A DNA stretch of 64,000 nt, taken from Terriglobia bacterium (GTDB lineage Bacteria; Acidobacteriota; Terriglobia; 20CM-2-55-15). Each line of letters opens with the position of its first letter. Positions within the stretch are counted from its first letter, which is position 1. The notes under the pieces were generated by a model. It had not been told where the DNA came from and ran no database searches. It worked only from the letters and a program-made list of their open reading frames with translations. Location: contig CBDAOY010000007.1 in assembly GCA_965198225.1 (NCBI GenBank), positions 384,001-448,000 of the forward strand, in the 5' to 3' direction. The position numbers and the translations under genes are program-made. Positions 1 through 11,125 of the stretch are shown piece by piece.

Positions 1-91
1 AACGCTGGTAGCCCGAGTCAGCAGTAGCGCCAGGCACCGAAATCAGGCAGGATAACCGAACCACCAAACATTTCCTGGGAGGCTTAAAGAC

Positions 92-290
92 ATGGGAAAT
101 GTCATCGCCAAACTGCTTCGGGATTTCGAGAATGGACACATGAGTCGCCGCCAGCTCATCCAGAGCCTGGCACTGGCAGCGGCCGCAGCTTCAACCGCAA
201 GCGCCGCGAGCGGGCCTGCGGCACAGGCCAGCGGGTTCAAGGCCGTCAGCGTGGACCACATTTCCTACCAGGTCATCGACTACGCACACA
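92..290 (+). pseudogene. N-terminal fragment of a VOC/glyoxalase-family protein with Tat-like leader
   Basis: MGNVIAKLL..MSRRQLIQSLALAAAAA..GFKAVSVDHISYQVIDY resembles the start of secreted VOC proteins; the rest of the ORF looks non-protein-like. Confidence 0.5.
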
Positions 291-525
291 GGCGGAGCGA
301 AACCGCCTGGCTCACACCAACGCGGAAGCGGCATGTCGCCAAAGCCGGACAACCGACTGCCTGGCTATCGCCGCGGACTTTCCAGCTGCACTCGGGTGTT
401 TCCGACTATGAATGCTGCAAACCTGAGGGCCCCCGGCTGTTCAGCCCCGCAGCCGCAGATCTATTCTCAACTGTGGCGGAACGGGTGCTCGTCAACCGCC
501 GAACCAAATTGAATTCCAGGGAGTC

Positions 526-1632
526 ATGCGACTGGCATTGATCGTCTCGACCCTGGCCGCCGGTGGTACCGAGAGAGTGGTAGCCACGCTGGCAAACGCG
601 TGGGCCGAGAAGGGCTTGGAGATCAGTGTACTCACGTTGGCGGATGAGCAACCCATGCCCCACTACCCGTTGGACGACAGCGTGCGGCTAATCTTTCTCG
701 GGTTAAGTCGGAGCAGGTTCGGAGTGATGGCTCCCTGGCGGTTGGCAAGACGGTTGTGGAGGCTGCGCCGAATGGTGCGATGGTTGAACGTGGATGCAGT
801 GCTGGCTTTCGGGGACAAGACGAATGCCCTGGCAGTATTCGCAACCCGCGGTTTGACGGTGCCCGTCATCGTCTCAGAGCGTGTGGACCCCAAAGTTCAG
901 GTGGAGACCAATGGGCCGGTGTGGTCTGTTCTGATTAAGAAAGCATACCGTCTGGCCGACCGAGTCGTTTTGCAGACCGGGGGTGTTTCCGAATGGTTCC
1001 GCACACGGGGCATTGGGCACTACTCGATCATCCCAAATCCAGTGGTGGCTGTGCCGAGGACACCCCGGAAGAGACAAGGTCCCGGGATACAAATTGTCTC
1101 CATGGGACGCCTTGTTGAGCAGAAGGGCCACGATCTGTTGATTGAGGCGTGCTCACGGCTTTCTCCGGAGAGTGACAATTGGAGTCTGGTTATCTACGGC
1201 GAAGGTCCCCTGCGCGACCATCTAGCCGGGCGAGCTCAACACCTTGGCCTGGCTGACCGGGTACACTTCCCTGGTCGCGCCGACGCGAGGCTGACCGTCT
1301 TCGAAGAAGCCGATATTTTTGTCCTCCCCTCGCGATACGAGGGCTTTCCCAATGCCCTCTGTGAAGCCATGGCGGCTGGCCTGCCGGTAATCGCTGCCGA
1401 CTGTAACTTTGGGCCGAGCGAAATTGTGCGCGACGGCGTGGACGGAGTCCTGGTGCCGACTGGCAACCCGGAAGAGCTGGCCAAAGCGCTGCAGCGGTTA
1501 ATCGGCGACCCGGACGAGCGCCAACGTATCAGTCAGCGGGCGCCCGGAATCGTCGAGCGGTTCTCGCTGGAGACCGTGCTGGGGATGTGGGAGGCCCTGC
1601 TGAGGGAGTTGGCAGACACGAGGAGCGCATGA
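526..1632 (+). CDS. Glycosyltransferase family 4 (GT-B)
   Basis: GGTERV N-terminal motif, MGRLVEQKG, FVLPSRYEGFPNALCEAMAAGLPVI. Confidence 0.92.
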   Translation: MRLALIVSTLAAGGTERVVATLANAWAEKGLEISVLTLADEQPMPHYPLDDSVRLIFLGLSRSRFGVMAPWRLARRLWRLRRMVRWLNVDAVLAFGDKTNALAVFATRGLTVPVIVSERVDPKVQVETNGPVWSVLIKKAYRLADRVVLQTGGVSEWFRTRGIGHYSIIPNPVVAVPRTPRKRQGPGIQIVSMGRLVEQKGHDLLIEACSRLSPESDNWSLVIYGEGPLRDHLAGRAQHLGLADRVHFPGRADARLTVFEEADIFVLPSRYEGFPNALCEAMAAGLPVIAADCNFGPSEIVRDGVDGVLVPTGNPEELAKALQRLIGDPDERQRISQRAPGIVERFSLETVLGMWEALLRELADTRSA

Positions 1633-2483
1633 CGGCGCACGCGAAGGAAGTAGACGCCGCGACGCGGTTCGAGTTCGGAGCGAACTGGAACCGCTTCCTG
1701 TCCGTACTGGACGAGGAGCGCATCGAAGAAGCTGAGAACTCATTAAAAGACATGCTGGAGGTCGACTCCCTGGAAGGCAAAGCCTTACTTGATATCGGCT
1801 CCGGCAGCGGACTGTTCAGCCTCGCGGCGCGACGGTTGGGCGCCATTGTGCATTCGTTTGATTACGACCCTCAGTCCGTGGCCTGCACGGCCGAGCTGAA
1901 ACGCCGGTACTTTCCGGATCACAGCAAGTGGTCTGTCGAGGAAGGGTCGGTGCTCGACCGCGACTACCTGGCTTCGCTGGGACAACACGATGTCGTCTAC
2001 TCCTGGGGCGTGCTGCATCACACCGGCGATCTGTGGACTGCGCTGGACAACGTGGTTCCGCTCGTACGGACCGGCGGCAGACTATTCATCGCGATATATA
2101 ACGACCAAGGACCGTTCTCGCGCTTTTACGCCAGATTGAAGAAAACGTACGTGAACGCATCGCGACCGGGCAAAATAGCGATTGCCGGGGCTTATATGAC
2201 CTACCATGTCGTTCGAGGCCTGGTCGCCGATACGCTGGTTCGCCGGAGGAATCCAATCAAACGCTATTCCCGACACAACCGAGCACGCGGAATGTCGGCG
2301 TGGCACGATATCATCGATTGGATTGGTGGCTACCCCTTTGAAGTGGCCAAACCGGAACATATTTTCGATTTCTACCGGGAGCAAGGATTCACCTTGCGCC
2401 GCTTGAAGACTTGCGTGGGAGGGTCCGGCTGCAATGAGTTCGTTTTCGAAAAGACCGTCGAAGCCACATCAAGTCATCGGTAA
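1629..2483 (+). CDS. Class I SAM-dependent methyltransferase
   Basis: LLDIGSGSGLFS motif I, VYSWGVLHHTG; ATG at 1629 overlaps the GT4 stop (ATGA coupling). Confidence 0.88.
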   Translation: MTAHAKEVDAATRFEFGANWNRFLSVLDEERIEEAENSLKDMLEVDSLEGKALLDIGSGSGLFSLAARRLGAIVHSFDYDPQSVACTAELKRRYFPDHSKWSVEEGSVLDRDYLASLGQHDVVYSWGVLHHTGDLWTALDNVVPLVRTGGRLFIAIYNDQGPFSRFYARLKKTYVNASRPGKIAIAGAYMTYHVVRGLVADTLVRRRNPIKRYSRHNRARGMSAWHDIIDWIGGYPFEVAKPEHIFDFYREQGFTLRRLKTCVGGSGCNEFVFEKTVEATSSHR

Positions 2484-2489
2484 GACGCA

Positions 2490-2652
2490 CCGTACAAGGC
2501 ATCGCGGTCCGAAACGTCGACGAGGGCGCCTCCGCTGTCAAACGTGGGCAACTCGGGAAGGTCCCGCCGCGACTGCGCCCGTTTCCCGAGAGACAGCCTC
2601 AAAGCGGATTCGACCAGTTCCGACATCGTCTTGCCGGTCCGGGCCGCTTCTT
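2490..2652 (-). pseudogene. Truncated ribbon-helix-helix antitoxin (VapB/CopG-like)
   Basis: EAARTGKTMSELVESALRL..LPELPTFDSGGALVDVSDRDALY; own start missing, no toxin gene adjacent. Confidence 0.55.
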
Positions 2653-2945
2653 GGATCTCCGCGTAGATTCTCCCGCCCTCGATCAGAGCCGAGGCCGGCA
2701 CCGCGGCTTCGGTGACGAGCACTCCATTCTGCCGGAATGCGAAGATTGCCAGTCCCGCCGGTACGGAGTTTCCGTCTTGCGAGTCCAGACGACCATAACC
2801 GGTGTTTGCGGATTCCGCAGCTCCAGAGGTGATCCGGACAAATCCGCCATGATCCTGGACCGTGACTGGCGTCGTGCTTTGCGACCAGGAGGGAAGGCAA
2901 AGAACCAGCAGGACCAGCATAAGCAAAGCGCACCGCGGCAAGCGC
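2650..2945 (-). pseudogene. N-terminal fragment of a secreted protein fused in frame to the antitoxin remnant
   Basis: Signal peptide (LLMLVLLVLCLPSWSQ) then GLAIFAFRQNGVLVTEAAVPAS, ending abruptly at the antitoxin sequence. Confidence 0.45.
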
Positions 2946-3358
2946 ATTAACGCTGCCCGTCCTACGCGTGGTAACCCACTGTGGCTTTGTGCCTTAGTGA
3001 CGGGCGAGTGCCATATGCTGCGAGCCTCGCGGGCGCTCCTGCGCCGTGCTGTGAGAGATGCGTAAATGACATAGAAGGGGGGAGTGGGGGTCAATGCGGC
3101 GACCACACCGGGCCGCCTCTCGTTTCAAATGCGCAAAATCTGCCGCTTAACTGATATGATGTATAGATTGAGTTATTGTGTAACGACTCGAAGACCCTCC
3201 GACGATCTAACGTGCCATTCCTCGGCTTTCAAACCTGTTTTGAGAACACTGGGATCGTGCCGACATCTCGGTTCAAAATTACAGGACTACCATGCAGAAT
3301 GACCGATTCGAAGACCTCTCACTAAGCAAACCCATCCTTCGTGCCCTCGGAAAAGAAG

Positions 3359-4981
3359 AGTTGTGTGCGTCAAGTTCTGCAAAAAGTATTTCCGAAAAAG
3401 TCAGTTCTTGAGTGTTGATCGCCGTCGGGCCTGTGGGAATGTGGGAAAGCTGAACGTTCTTGGCGAAGCTTTTCCAAGCCTCAGAGGGAATCCGCGTCTT
3501 GTTGCGGATTTCCTCTGAGGCGTCATTTCCATCAGGCCTCTGCCTTTCTTTCTTTTTTGGTTCTCTTTCTTTCGCCCTTTGAAAGTTTTCCACAGAGATT
3601 CCTCGCTCCAGGATGCGCTGTAATCGACGATCGGCTTCCGAGCCGATCCTTGGGTCGGTCCGTTTTGACGCGTTCACGCGGCAGGCGTCTGACGGTGCCA
3701 GTCCTTCTTGTGTTCCTTCAACAGATCCATGTTCAAATAACGGATCGCTTCGATCCAGTTCTCGTGCATCTCGGTGGTCAGTGCCCGAATCAAACGCAGA
3801 CAGCTGGCCGCGTTGGGGAATATCCGCACCACACGCGTTCGCCGCTTGATCTCTTCGTTGAGCCGTTCCAGCATATTGGTGGATTTCATGTGCTTGTGAT
3901 GCTGAAGCGGCAGCGTGTAGAAGCTCAGCGTCTCGTCGATGTTGTCTTCGACCCAGTCGCAGAGTTTGGGATATTTCTGCCCCCACTTGCTCAACCACGC
4001 CGCGAGGTCCTGCCGCGCTTCCTGGAGGTTCCGCCGATCGTAGAGCCAACGCAGTTCCTGGAGGCAATCGTCATCGCCTTTGCGCGGCAGATAATCCAAT
4101 GCGTTTCGGAGAAAGTGCACGTAGCAGCGCTGCCAGATCGCTTCGGTCAGGACTTCCGCGATGGCTTTCTTCAACCCCGGATGATCGTCGGTCACCACGA
4201 ACTCCACCCCGCACAGGCCGCGTTGTTTTAAACTCAGCAGCAGTTGCCGCCAACTGGTCGTGCTTTCCCGTCCCGCCAGCTCCACCGCCAACACACCGCG
4301 CCGGCCGTCCCAGTTGATTCCGATCGCGACCAGCACCGCCCGGCTCCGGATGACCCCGTCTTCGCGCACCTTCTCGTAGCGCGCATCCAAAATTAGGTAC
4401 GGGTATTCTTCCTCCAATCGTCGCGTTGCAAACTTTTTCAGCTCCTTGTCCAGAGTCTGATTAATCCGGCTGATCGTGCTGGCCGAAAACGAATGTCCGC
4501 ATAGTTCTTCGGTGATGGCTTTCACCTTGCGCGTTGACACGCCCTGCACGTACATCTCGGCCAAGCTGGCCACCAAGGCTTTCTCGCTGCGTTGGTAGCG
4601 TTCAAACACCTCCGTACTGAACCGGCCGGCCCGGTCCTGCGGCACGCGCAACTCCAGCTTGCCCACCCGTGTGACCAGGTCCCGTCCGTAATAGCCACTC
4701 CGATATCCGGTGCGACCCCCTGTTCGTTCACTCTTGACCGCGCCCACGACCTGGTCCATCTCCGCCTCGAGAATCTCTTGAACCACCTCCTGTACGACGC
4801 TTTTCAGCAAATCCTTTTCCTCTCCTAACAGTTCTTTCCAATCCACTCCCTTTCGCTTAATCTGAGGTCGGGCCATCGGTTCATCTCCTTCGTTTCAAAG
4901 TTGATTCGTTACCAACTTTTCGGAGATACCCTGGCCCTTTCCTATTTCAGGACCTTTTTGCAGAAACTCTGAAACATAACC
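3359..4981 (-). mobile_element. IS256-family insertion sequence
   Basis: Imperfect terminal IRs sharing TTCTGCAAAAAG; 8-bp target duplication AAAAGAAG at 3351-3358 and 4982-4989. Confidence 0.93.
3674..4876 (-). CDS. IS256-family (Mutator-like) transposase
   Basis: GYRSGYY, RVPQDR, YLILDARYEKVR, WQRCYVHFLRN, STNMLERLNEEIKRRT. Confidence 0.95.
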   Translation of the reverse strand: MARPQIKRKGVDWKELLGEEKDLLKSVVQEVVQEILEAEMDQVVGAVKSERTGGRTGYRSGYYGRDLVTRVGKLELRVPQDRAGRFSTEVFERYQRSEKALVASLAEMYVQGVSTRKVKAITEELCGHSFSASTISRINQTLDKELKKFATRRLEEEYPYLILDARYEKVREDGVIRSRAVLVAIGINWDGRRGVLAVELAGRESTTSWRQLLLSLKQRGLCGVEFVVTDDHPGLKKAIAEVLTEAIWQRCYVHFLRNALDYLPRKGDDDCLQELRWLYDRRNLQEARQDLAAWLSKWGQKYPKLCDWVEDNIDETLSFYTLPLQHHKHMKSTNMLERLNEEIKRRTRVVRIFPNAASCLRLIRALTTEMHENWIEAIRYLNMDLLKEHKKDWHRQTPAA

Positions 4982-6472
4982 AAAAGAAGGATACGTTCGG
5001 CCGACTCCCATCCAGAAGGCCGCGATTCCCGCTCTGCTTGAAGGTCGCGACTTGCTCGCAAGTGCGCAGACCGGCACCGGCAAGACCGCGGCGTTCGCGG
5101 TGCCTATTCTCGAACTGCTGGCCGAAGAGCCGGACTCGACCGGCCTGCGCGCCGTTGTGCTGACACCCACGCGCGAGCTTGCGCTCCAGGTTGATGAAAG
5201 CTTTCGCTCATATGGCCGTTACCTCAAAATGCGGACCGCCGTTGTGCTCGGCGGTGTCGCCTACGGGCCGCAGATCCAGGCCCTGAAAAAGAACCCGGAT
5301 ATCCTCGTCGCGACACCCGGCCGTCTCCTCGACCTGATGGAGCAGGGCTATGTCTCGTTCGAGAAGGTCGAGATGTTCGTGCTCGATGAGGCGGACCGGA
5401 TGCTGGACATGGGTTTCATCTACGACGTGCGCCGCATCACCGACCGATTGCCGAGAGAACGGCAGACGATGTTCTTCTCGGCCACGCTCCCCCCGGAAGT
5501 CGCGTCGCTGGCGGCAGACATGTTGTGGGAGCCGGCTCGGGTGGCGGTCGCGCCTCCGGCCGCCGTGCCCGAGGAGATGATCCAGAGAGCACTCTTCGTG
5601 TCCCGGGGCGACAAGCTCGACCTGCTGACCGCGCTATTGGGATTACAGAAGATCGAGAGAGCCCTGGTTTTTACACGGACCAAGCACCGCGCCGATCGTG
5701 TTGTCAATCATCTCACGAGGAAGGGAATCAAGGCGGACGCCATCCATTCCAACAAGACCCAGAAGGCCCGTCAGCGAGCCCTTGCGGCGTTCGATACCGG
5801 CAAACTGCGGATTCTTGTGGCCACCGACATCGTGGCCCGCGGTATCGATGTTGAAGGCATCACGCACGTCATCAACTACGAGATGCCAAACAATGCGGAG
5901 GGTTACGTTCACCGGATCGGAAGAACGGCCCGGGCCGGGGCCAGAGGCATGGCGTTGTCGTTCTGCGACGTCGAAGAAGTGGCCCTGCTCAAGAACATCG
6001 AAAGCCTGACCGGTTATCCGATCGAGAAGGTTTCCCGCCATCGCTTCCATTCCAATGCGATTGCGACGCTTTACGGCGTTGACGATGAAGCGGCGGGGAA
6101 TGCCCGGAAACTTCCTTTCCGTTCCACACGCGGCCGCAGCTTCGGACCGCGGCGGAGGCGTCTGGGCCGATAGGATTTCGGCACGTATCGGTCCTCGCGG
6201 CGCGACCCCGCAAGCTCTGTTCTCCTCAGCGATTCTGTCTTCCGTGACAATCCCTTCCATTGTTTGAAGTGGCGATCAGTTCGACGGCGTCACGGATAAA
6301 TCTCTGCTATAGGAGGCGGAGTGGAAAGTGACGGGCGATGAGTTTGAAGTGGTTGCGCCTTCGAGCTCGGCTGGAGACCCTTAGAATCAAATCATACGTG
6401 ACGGCGGTTTCGGAAAGCGTCGCCGGCCAGGTCCGACCGAAGACGCCGCGATCGTGTGAGAATAGGGACTCG

Positions 6473-7525
6473 ATGGCTGGCACAGACACACCGACCCCAC
6501 CTGCCGGCGACACCGGCGCGGCTGGCCTGCGCACGGCCTGGGAGCGACGCACGCGCGTGTGGGCTCTTGTCTTTGCGGCGTTGACGCTGGTGGTATCGGC
6601 GCTCGTCGCCCTCGTGTGGACCGGCGCGCCGACAGCGACCACGCTGGTCGCGGCACTGGCCCCGGCGTTCGGGGTGTACGCGTGGCAGACGGGCAAAATC
6701 CGCCGCCGTCGGGCGATCCTGCGGAAACCCTTCCGACCGGAATGGGAAACGGTGCTGCAGCGGGACGTCGTCTTCTTTCGGGTGCTCGGCTCGGCCCAGA
6801 AGCAGCGGTTCCGTCGTGAACTCCAGGTGTTCCTGGGAGAGAAGCCGATCACCGGCATCAAGGTTCGCCTCGACACGACGACGCGTGTCCTGGCTGCCGC
6901 CAGCGCCATCATCCCGATCTTCGGCTTCCCCGACTGGGAGTGGGACCAGATCAGCGAGGTGCTGATCTATCCGACCCGGTTCGACGGCGAGTTCCAGTTC
7001 GGCGACAAGCAGGGTCACAACATCCTCGGGATGGTCGGGTCGGGCGGCCTGAACCGGTTGATGATCCTCTCCAAGCCGGATCTGATCGCCGGCTTCCGCA
7101 ATGCGACCGACAAGCGGAACGTGGGCATCCATGAGTTCGCGCACCTGGTCGACAAGAGCGATGGGGTGATCGACGGCGTACCCGGCGTGGGACTCGACCG
7201 GCAGGCCATCGGGCCCTGGATCGACCTGGTCCGCCGCAAGATGGCCGAAATCGAGGAAGGGACATCCGACATCAACCGCTACGCGCTGACCAACGAGGCC
7301 GAGTTCTTCGCCGTGATGTCGGAGTACTTCTTCGAGCGCCCCGGCGTGTTGCAACGCAAACACCCCCACCTCTACGCGGCGCTCGAAGGTGTCTTCAACC
7401 AGGACCTGCGATCTCGAGCGGCGGCGTTGCGGCGTGAGCTGAAACGCGGCCGGCCGAAGTTCGGCCGGAACTCGCCGTGCCCGTGCGGGAGCGGACTCAA
7501 GTTCAAGAAATGTTGTCTCCAGTAG
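6473..7525 (+). CDS. MtfA/M90-family zinc peptidase with N-terminal TM helices and C-terminal SEC-C motif
   Basis: [51 protein letters not shown]. Confidence 0.88.
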   Translation: MAGTDTPTPPAGDTGAAGLRTAWERRTRVWALVFAALTLVVSALVALVWTGAPTATTLVAALAPAFGVYAWQTGKIRRRRAILRKPFRPEWETVLQRDVVFFRVLGSAQKQRFRRELQVFLGEKPITGIKVRLDTTTRVLAAASAIIPIFGFPDWEWDQISEVLIYPTRFDGEFQFGDKQGHNILGMVGSGGLNRLMILSKPDLIAGFRNATDKRNVGIHEFAHLVDKSDGVIDGVPGVGLDRQAIGPWIDLVRRKMAEIEEGTSDINRYALTNEAEFFAVMSEYFFERPGVLQRKHPHLYAALEGVFNQDLRSRAAALRRELKRGRPKFGRNSPCPCGSGLKFKKCCLQ

Positions 7526-7722
7526 CAGGTTGATCAAGGAGACGGTTAAGCGCTCCCGTCACCAGATCGACTTTGTGAATCGGGGAGAGGCGGCGCAGCA
7601 GATCCACCTCTGTTTTGGGGATCACCGTACTCGATCGTGGAAATAGCGGCCATCCACGGCTCGGTGTTGGGCTAAGACTTCGTCTAGAAACCACGTATCT
7701 CCGAGTCGATCTCGTCGTCGCT

Positions 7723-7960
7723 TCAGCCGCCGCGCGTAGTCGGGGCCGAACCTCCCGCACCAGGCCGCACGGTTTCGTAGGACACGATGATGCCCCGCTC
7801 GGCAAGGAGATCCTCGATATCCCGGAAGCTCAGGCCGAATCTGTGATACAACCAGACGGCATGGCTGATGATTTCAGGCGGAAAGCGATGCCTCAGGTAG
7901 CGGGATCGACGAGTGTTCATCCCGGTATTGTGCCGCGTGGAGAGTTAACCTGACAAAGCC
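7723..7960 (-). pseudogene. IS6-family transposase 5' remnant with left IR
   Basis: YLRHRFPPEIISHAVWLYHRFGLSFRDIEDLLAERGIIVSYETVR; IR-like GGCTTTGTCAGGTTAACT starting at 7960. Confidence 0.85.
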
Positions 7961-8068
7961 CGCGTCGCTGAACCATCCCAACATCGGGCACAGCTACGGG
8001 CGCGGCAGCGGCGACACGCACCGAGCCGCCGACGAACCCACTGAACGCGATTGCACGAGGTCCGATCG

Positions 8069-10090
8069 ATGCCGCGATTTCCGCTGAAGACTCCGACACT
8101 GATTCCTGCGCTCTTTCTCTTCGCGCTGGCCGGCCCCGACGAGGGGGGCGTCCAGATCGTCGCACCGGCCGAGGCCGCGGTTGCACAGGAAGAGTTCTAC
8201 CTCGAGGAAGCGACGATCGCGGACATTCAGGGCGCGATCCGCGCCGGCGATCTGACGGCCGAGCAGCTCGTCGAGCTCTATCTCGCACGCATCAAGGCCT
8301 ATAACGGCACCTGCGTCAACCAGCCCGAAGGCATTCTCGGGGCGGTTACGACGATACCGGACGCCGGACAGATCAATGCGCTCGCGACGCTGAACCTCAG
8401 GCCCGCCACGCGCGTGCGCTGGGGATTCGACTCGCGAAAGGCCCGGAGCATGACGGACGCCGACGACGACGATCCGGCCATGCCGGACGCGCTCGAAACG
8501 GCACGCGCGCTCGACGCGCACTTCGCGGCGTCGGGCGAGTTCGTCGGTCCTCTACACGGTGTCGTCATGGCGATCAAGGACCAGTACGACACGTTCGACA
8601 TGCGCACGACGTCGGGCGCCGACGCCTTCTACGCCGACGATCGGCCGCCCGACGATGCGACGTTCGTGCGCCGGCTCCGTGAGGCCGGCGCGATCATGAT
8701 CGCCAAGTCGAATCTCGGGGAGTTCGCCTCGGCCATACCGCGCAGCGCTTTCGGCGGCACGTTCTGCAATCCCTACGATACGGAGCGCAGTCCCGGCGGC
8801 TCGAGCGCGGGATCGGGCTCGGCCGTGGGCGCAAACCTCGTGACCTGTGCCATTGCCGAGGAAACGGGCTCGTCGATCCGGAGCCCGGCCTACTCGAACA
8901 ACAGCGTCGGCATCGCGCCGACGCAGGAGCTCGTGAGCCGCGACGGCATGATCCAGCAGGGCATCAACACGCGCGTCGGCCCGATCTGTCGCACGGTCGA
9001 GGACGCCGCGCGCGTTCTCGACGTCATCGCGGGCTACGATCCGAAGGACGAGCTCACGGCGTTCAGCGTGGGGCGCCTGCCTGCGGACGGCTATGCGAGC
9101 CATGCAGAGCCGGGCCGGCTCGAGGGCCTGCGCATCGGCGTCGTCCGCGAATACATGGACAAGGAGGCCTTCACGAAGGAGGACGAGGAGACGATAGATC
9201 TCGTCAGCGCGGCCGCCGCCGAGCTCGGACGTCTCGGCGCGACGCTCGTCGACCCGGGTCCGGGCGGGGCGCTGTTCGATCAGTGCGTGCGCCGCTGGTA
9301 TCCGCAGCTGCACGACAAGCAGTTCACGGCCGAGTATCCCGACCGCTTTCCGTTCGAGGCCGACGGCACGCCTTACGGGAATCACATCGCGACGCTGATC
9401 GAGCTCGCGGCCGATCCCGATCTCATGCCCGAGGAGATCGATTTTCGCACGCTCGGCAATCCGCCGACGCCGGGGCAGGGCCGCTACTGGCTCGACCGTT
9501 ACCTGAGCGAGCGCGGCGACGCGAACATCCGCTCGACCGGTGACCTGCTCGAGAAGGCCAACTTCTACGACGATCCGAACTTTCCCGACCACCGGGCGCG
9601 GCACGAGCGCGCGCTCGAACAGCACGAGCTCGACATGGTCGCGCGCATGCAGAACCGGTTCGCCGTGCAGACGATGGTCATGGCCTGCATGGCCGAACTC
9701 GAGCTCGACGCGGTCGTCTACCCGACGAGCAACATTCCGCCCGTCAAGCTCGGCTCGCCGCGCGGGCCCGAGCTCAACGGCCGCGCCGGCGACGGCGTCT
9801 GGCGGTTCCTCGGCAGAAACGGCTTTCCCGTGATCACGGTGCCGACCGGGTTCACGACCGTGATGTACGATCGAATCCGTGTGCCGTCGACGTCTGAGTC
9901 TGCCTCGGGCGACGAGGATAGTGAGACCGAGATCGTTGGTCCCGTGCCGGCGCGTCTGCCCGTAGGCATGGACATCGTCGCGCGGCCTTTCGGCGAGCCG
10001 ACGATCCTGAGAATTGCGGCTGCCTACGAGGCCGCGACGCGGCATCGCGAGTCGCCCGCCGATTTCGGGCCGCTGTCGGGCGAGCCCTGA
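8069..10090 (+). CDS. Secreted amidase-signature family protein
   Basis: GPLHGVVMAIKD, SPGGSSAGSG, EETGSSIRSPA; signal peptide. Confidence 0.9.
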   Translation: MPRFPLKTPTLIPALFLFALAGPDEGGVQIVAPAEAAVAQEEFYLEEATIADIQGAIRAGDLTAEQLVELYLARIKAYNGTCVNQPEGILGAVTTIPDAGQINALATLNLRPATRVRWGFDSRKARSMTDADDDDPAMPDALETARALDAHFAASGEFVGPLHGVVMAIKDQYDTFDMRTTSGADAFYADDRPPDDATFVRRLREAGAIMIAKSNLGEFASAIPRSAFGGTFCNPYDTERSPGGSSAGSGSAVGANLVTCAIAEETGSSIRSPAYSNNSVGIAPTQELVSRDGMIQQGINTRVGPICRTVEDAARVLDVIAGYDPKDELTAFSVGRLPADGYASHAEPGRLEGLRIGVVREYMDKEAFTKEDEETIDLVSAAAAELGRLGATLVDPGPGGALFDQCVRRWYPQLHDKQFTAEYPDRFPFEADGTPYGNHIATLIELAADPDLMPEEIDFRTLGNPPTPGQGRYWLDRYLSERGDANIRSTGDLLEKANFYDDPNFPDHRARHERALEQHELDMVARMQNRFAVQTMVMACMAELELDAVVYPTSNIPPVKLGSPRGPELNGRAGDGVWRFLGRNGFPVITVPTGFTTVMYDRIRVPSTSESASGDEDSETEIVGPVPARLPVGMDIVARPFGEPTILRIAAAYEAATRHRESPADFGPLSGEP

Positions 10091-10316
10091 GCCCGACAGC
10101 GGCCCCGGCCGCCCGGACCCGTGCCGCCGCGAGACGAACCCCGACGTCGAACCTCACCGCTTGACCGCGTAGTGTGCAATTAATCAGCCGACGCTAATCC
10201 TTTGGCTGAGAGCGGGTTGTCCAAGCCCTCCTCCGCTGCATGAACTTCCCCGTAGTGTGCCAAAAAACGACCGAAGGCTTTGAATCATCCTAGCAAGAGG
10301 CAGATAGCCTCACGGG

Positions 10317-10503
10317 ATGCCCCATGCGCTGCACCTCCTTGTCTACACGGTCGCCGGCTGGCTAGCGCACCCCATGAAGACCTTCTTAGAGGCGCATTGG
10401 GAAGGTCTCGCAGCCGCCGATCTGTTTACGGTGGAGGTCGTCACGCTGGAAGGGTTGAAGCGGTGCCTCGTGCTCTTCGTGATCGAGTTGAAGACCCGAT
10501 ACA
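10317..10503 (+). pseudogene. Integrase-core (rve) transposase fragment
   Basis: FLEAHWEGLAAADLFTVEVVTLEGLKRCLVLFVIELKTR, cut off by the IS91-like end. Confidence 0.7.
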
Positions 10504-10504
10504 T

Positions 10505-10753
10505 TGGGGATAAGTAAAACAAGAGGGGTTCTGAGGGCAGGGGGTGGCGGGACGCACGGCGGAACTGTCGCCGTTGGGCTGTTGTTTTGGAGTTGCAGGG
10601 TGGCAGAAACGCCCGACACGCAGAATCGCACGGGCCGAAGCGCACGAAACCCGCGTCGGCTTTCGAGCCGTGTTCAGAACCAGTCCGGTGGAGTGGAATG
10701 CATGGAGGCGGCCGGGTGAACTGGTGGCGCACGCGAGGGTAGACCGAGGCAGT
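10505..10753 (-). mobile_element. IS91-like element 3'/ori end, copy 1
   Basis: ~248-bp near-identical direct repeat of 13885-14132; minus-strand terminus CCCCTCTTGTTTTACTTATCCCCA. Confidence 0.75.
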
Positions 10754-10759
10754 GTGAAT

Positions 10760-10882
10760 GTCGCCTGGTCTCTCGGAAGGACAACACCTACCAGTCTTTC
10801 ACCGACCTTCGCGCGTGGATCGGGCAGCATCTTAAGGTCAAAGACGCGATCCTCGACGGTGAGATTGTCTGTCTGGATGAGA
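10760..10882 (+). pseudogene. ATP-dependent DNA ligase (LigC/LigD-like) internal fragment
   Basis: Reads ..WIGQHLKVKDAILDGEIVCLDE, resembling ligase motif III (LDGEIV). Confidence 0.55.
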
Positions 10883-11125
10883 GCGAGTCCCCGCGTCTTC
10901 CCACCCCCTGGCACTCGGGACCCCGCTTGTTTTACTCATCCGCAAATGATCTGCGAGCGGCTAAAATGCCGGCGGGAACGGTGAATGGCCCGAAGATCCG
11001 GCGGATTCCTGTCACTTATCACAAGAACCCATTATATTGATGTGAAGCAATTGCTTGTTGTCACAATTCACGATTTGGTCCGGCACCGGGCACACCAATT
11101 TTCTTGTAACCGAAAGATAAACAAT

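Larger units (their letters stand above)
3292..6173 (+). pseudogene. rhlE: DEAD-box RNA helicase (RhlE-like) interrupted by IS256
   Basis: MQNDRFEDLSLSKPILRALGKE (3292-3358) continues after the IS as GYVRPTPIQ..AQTGTGKT..DEAD..SAT..HRIGRTAR. Confidence 0.9.
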
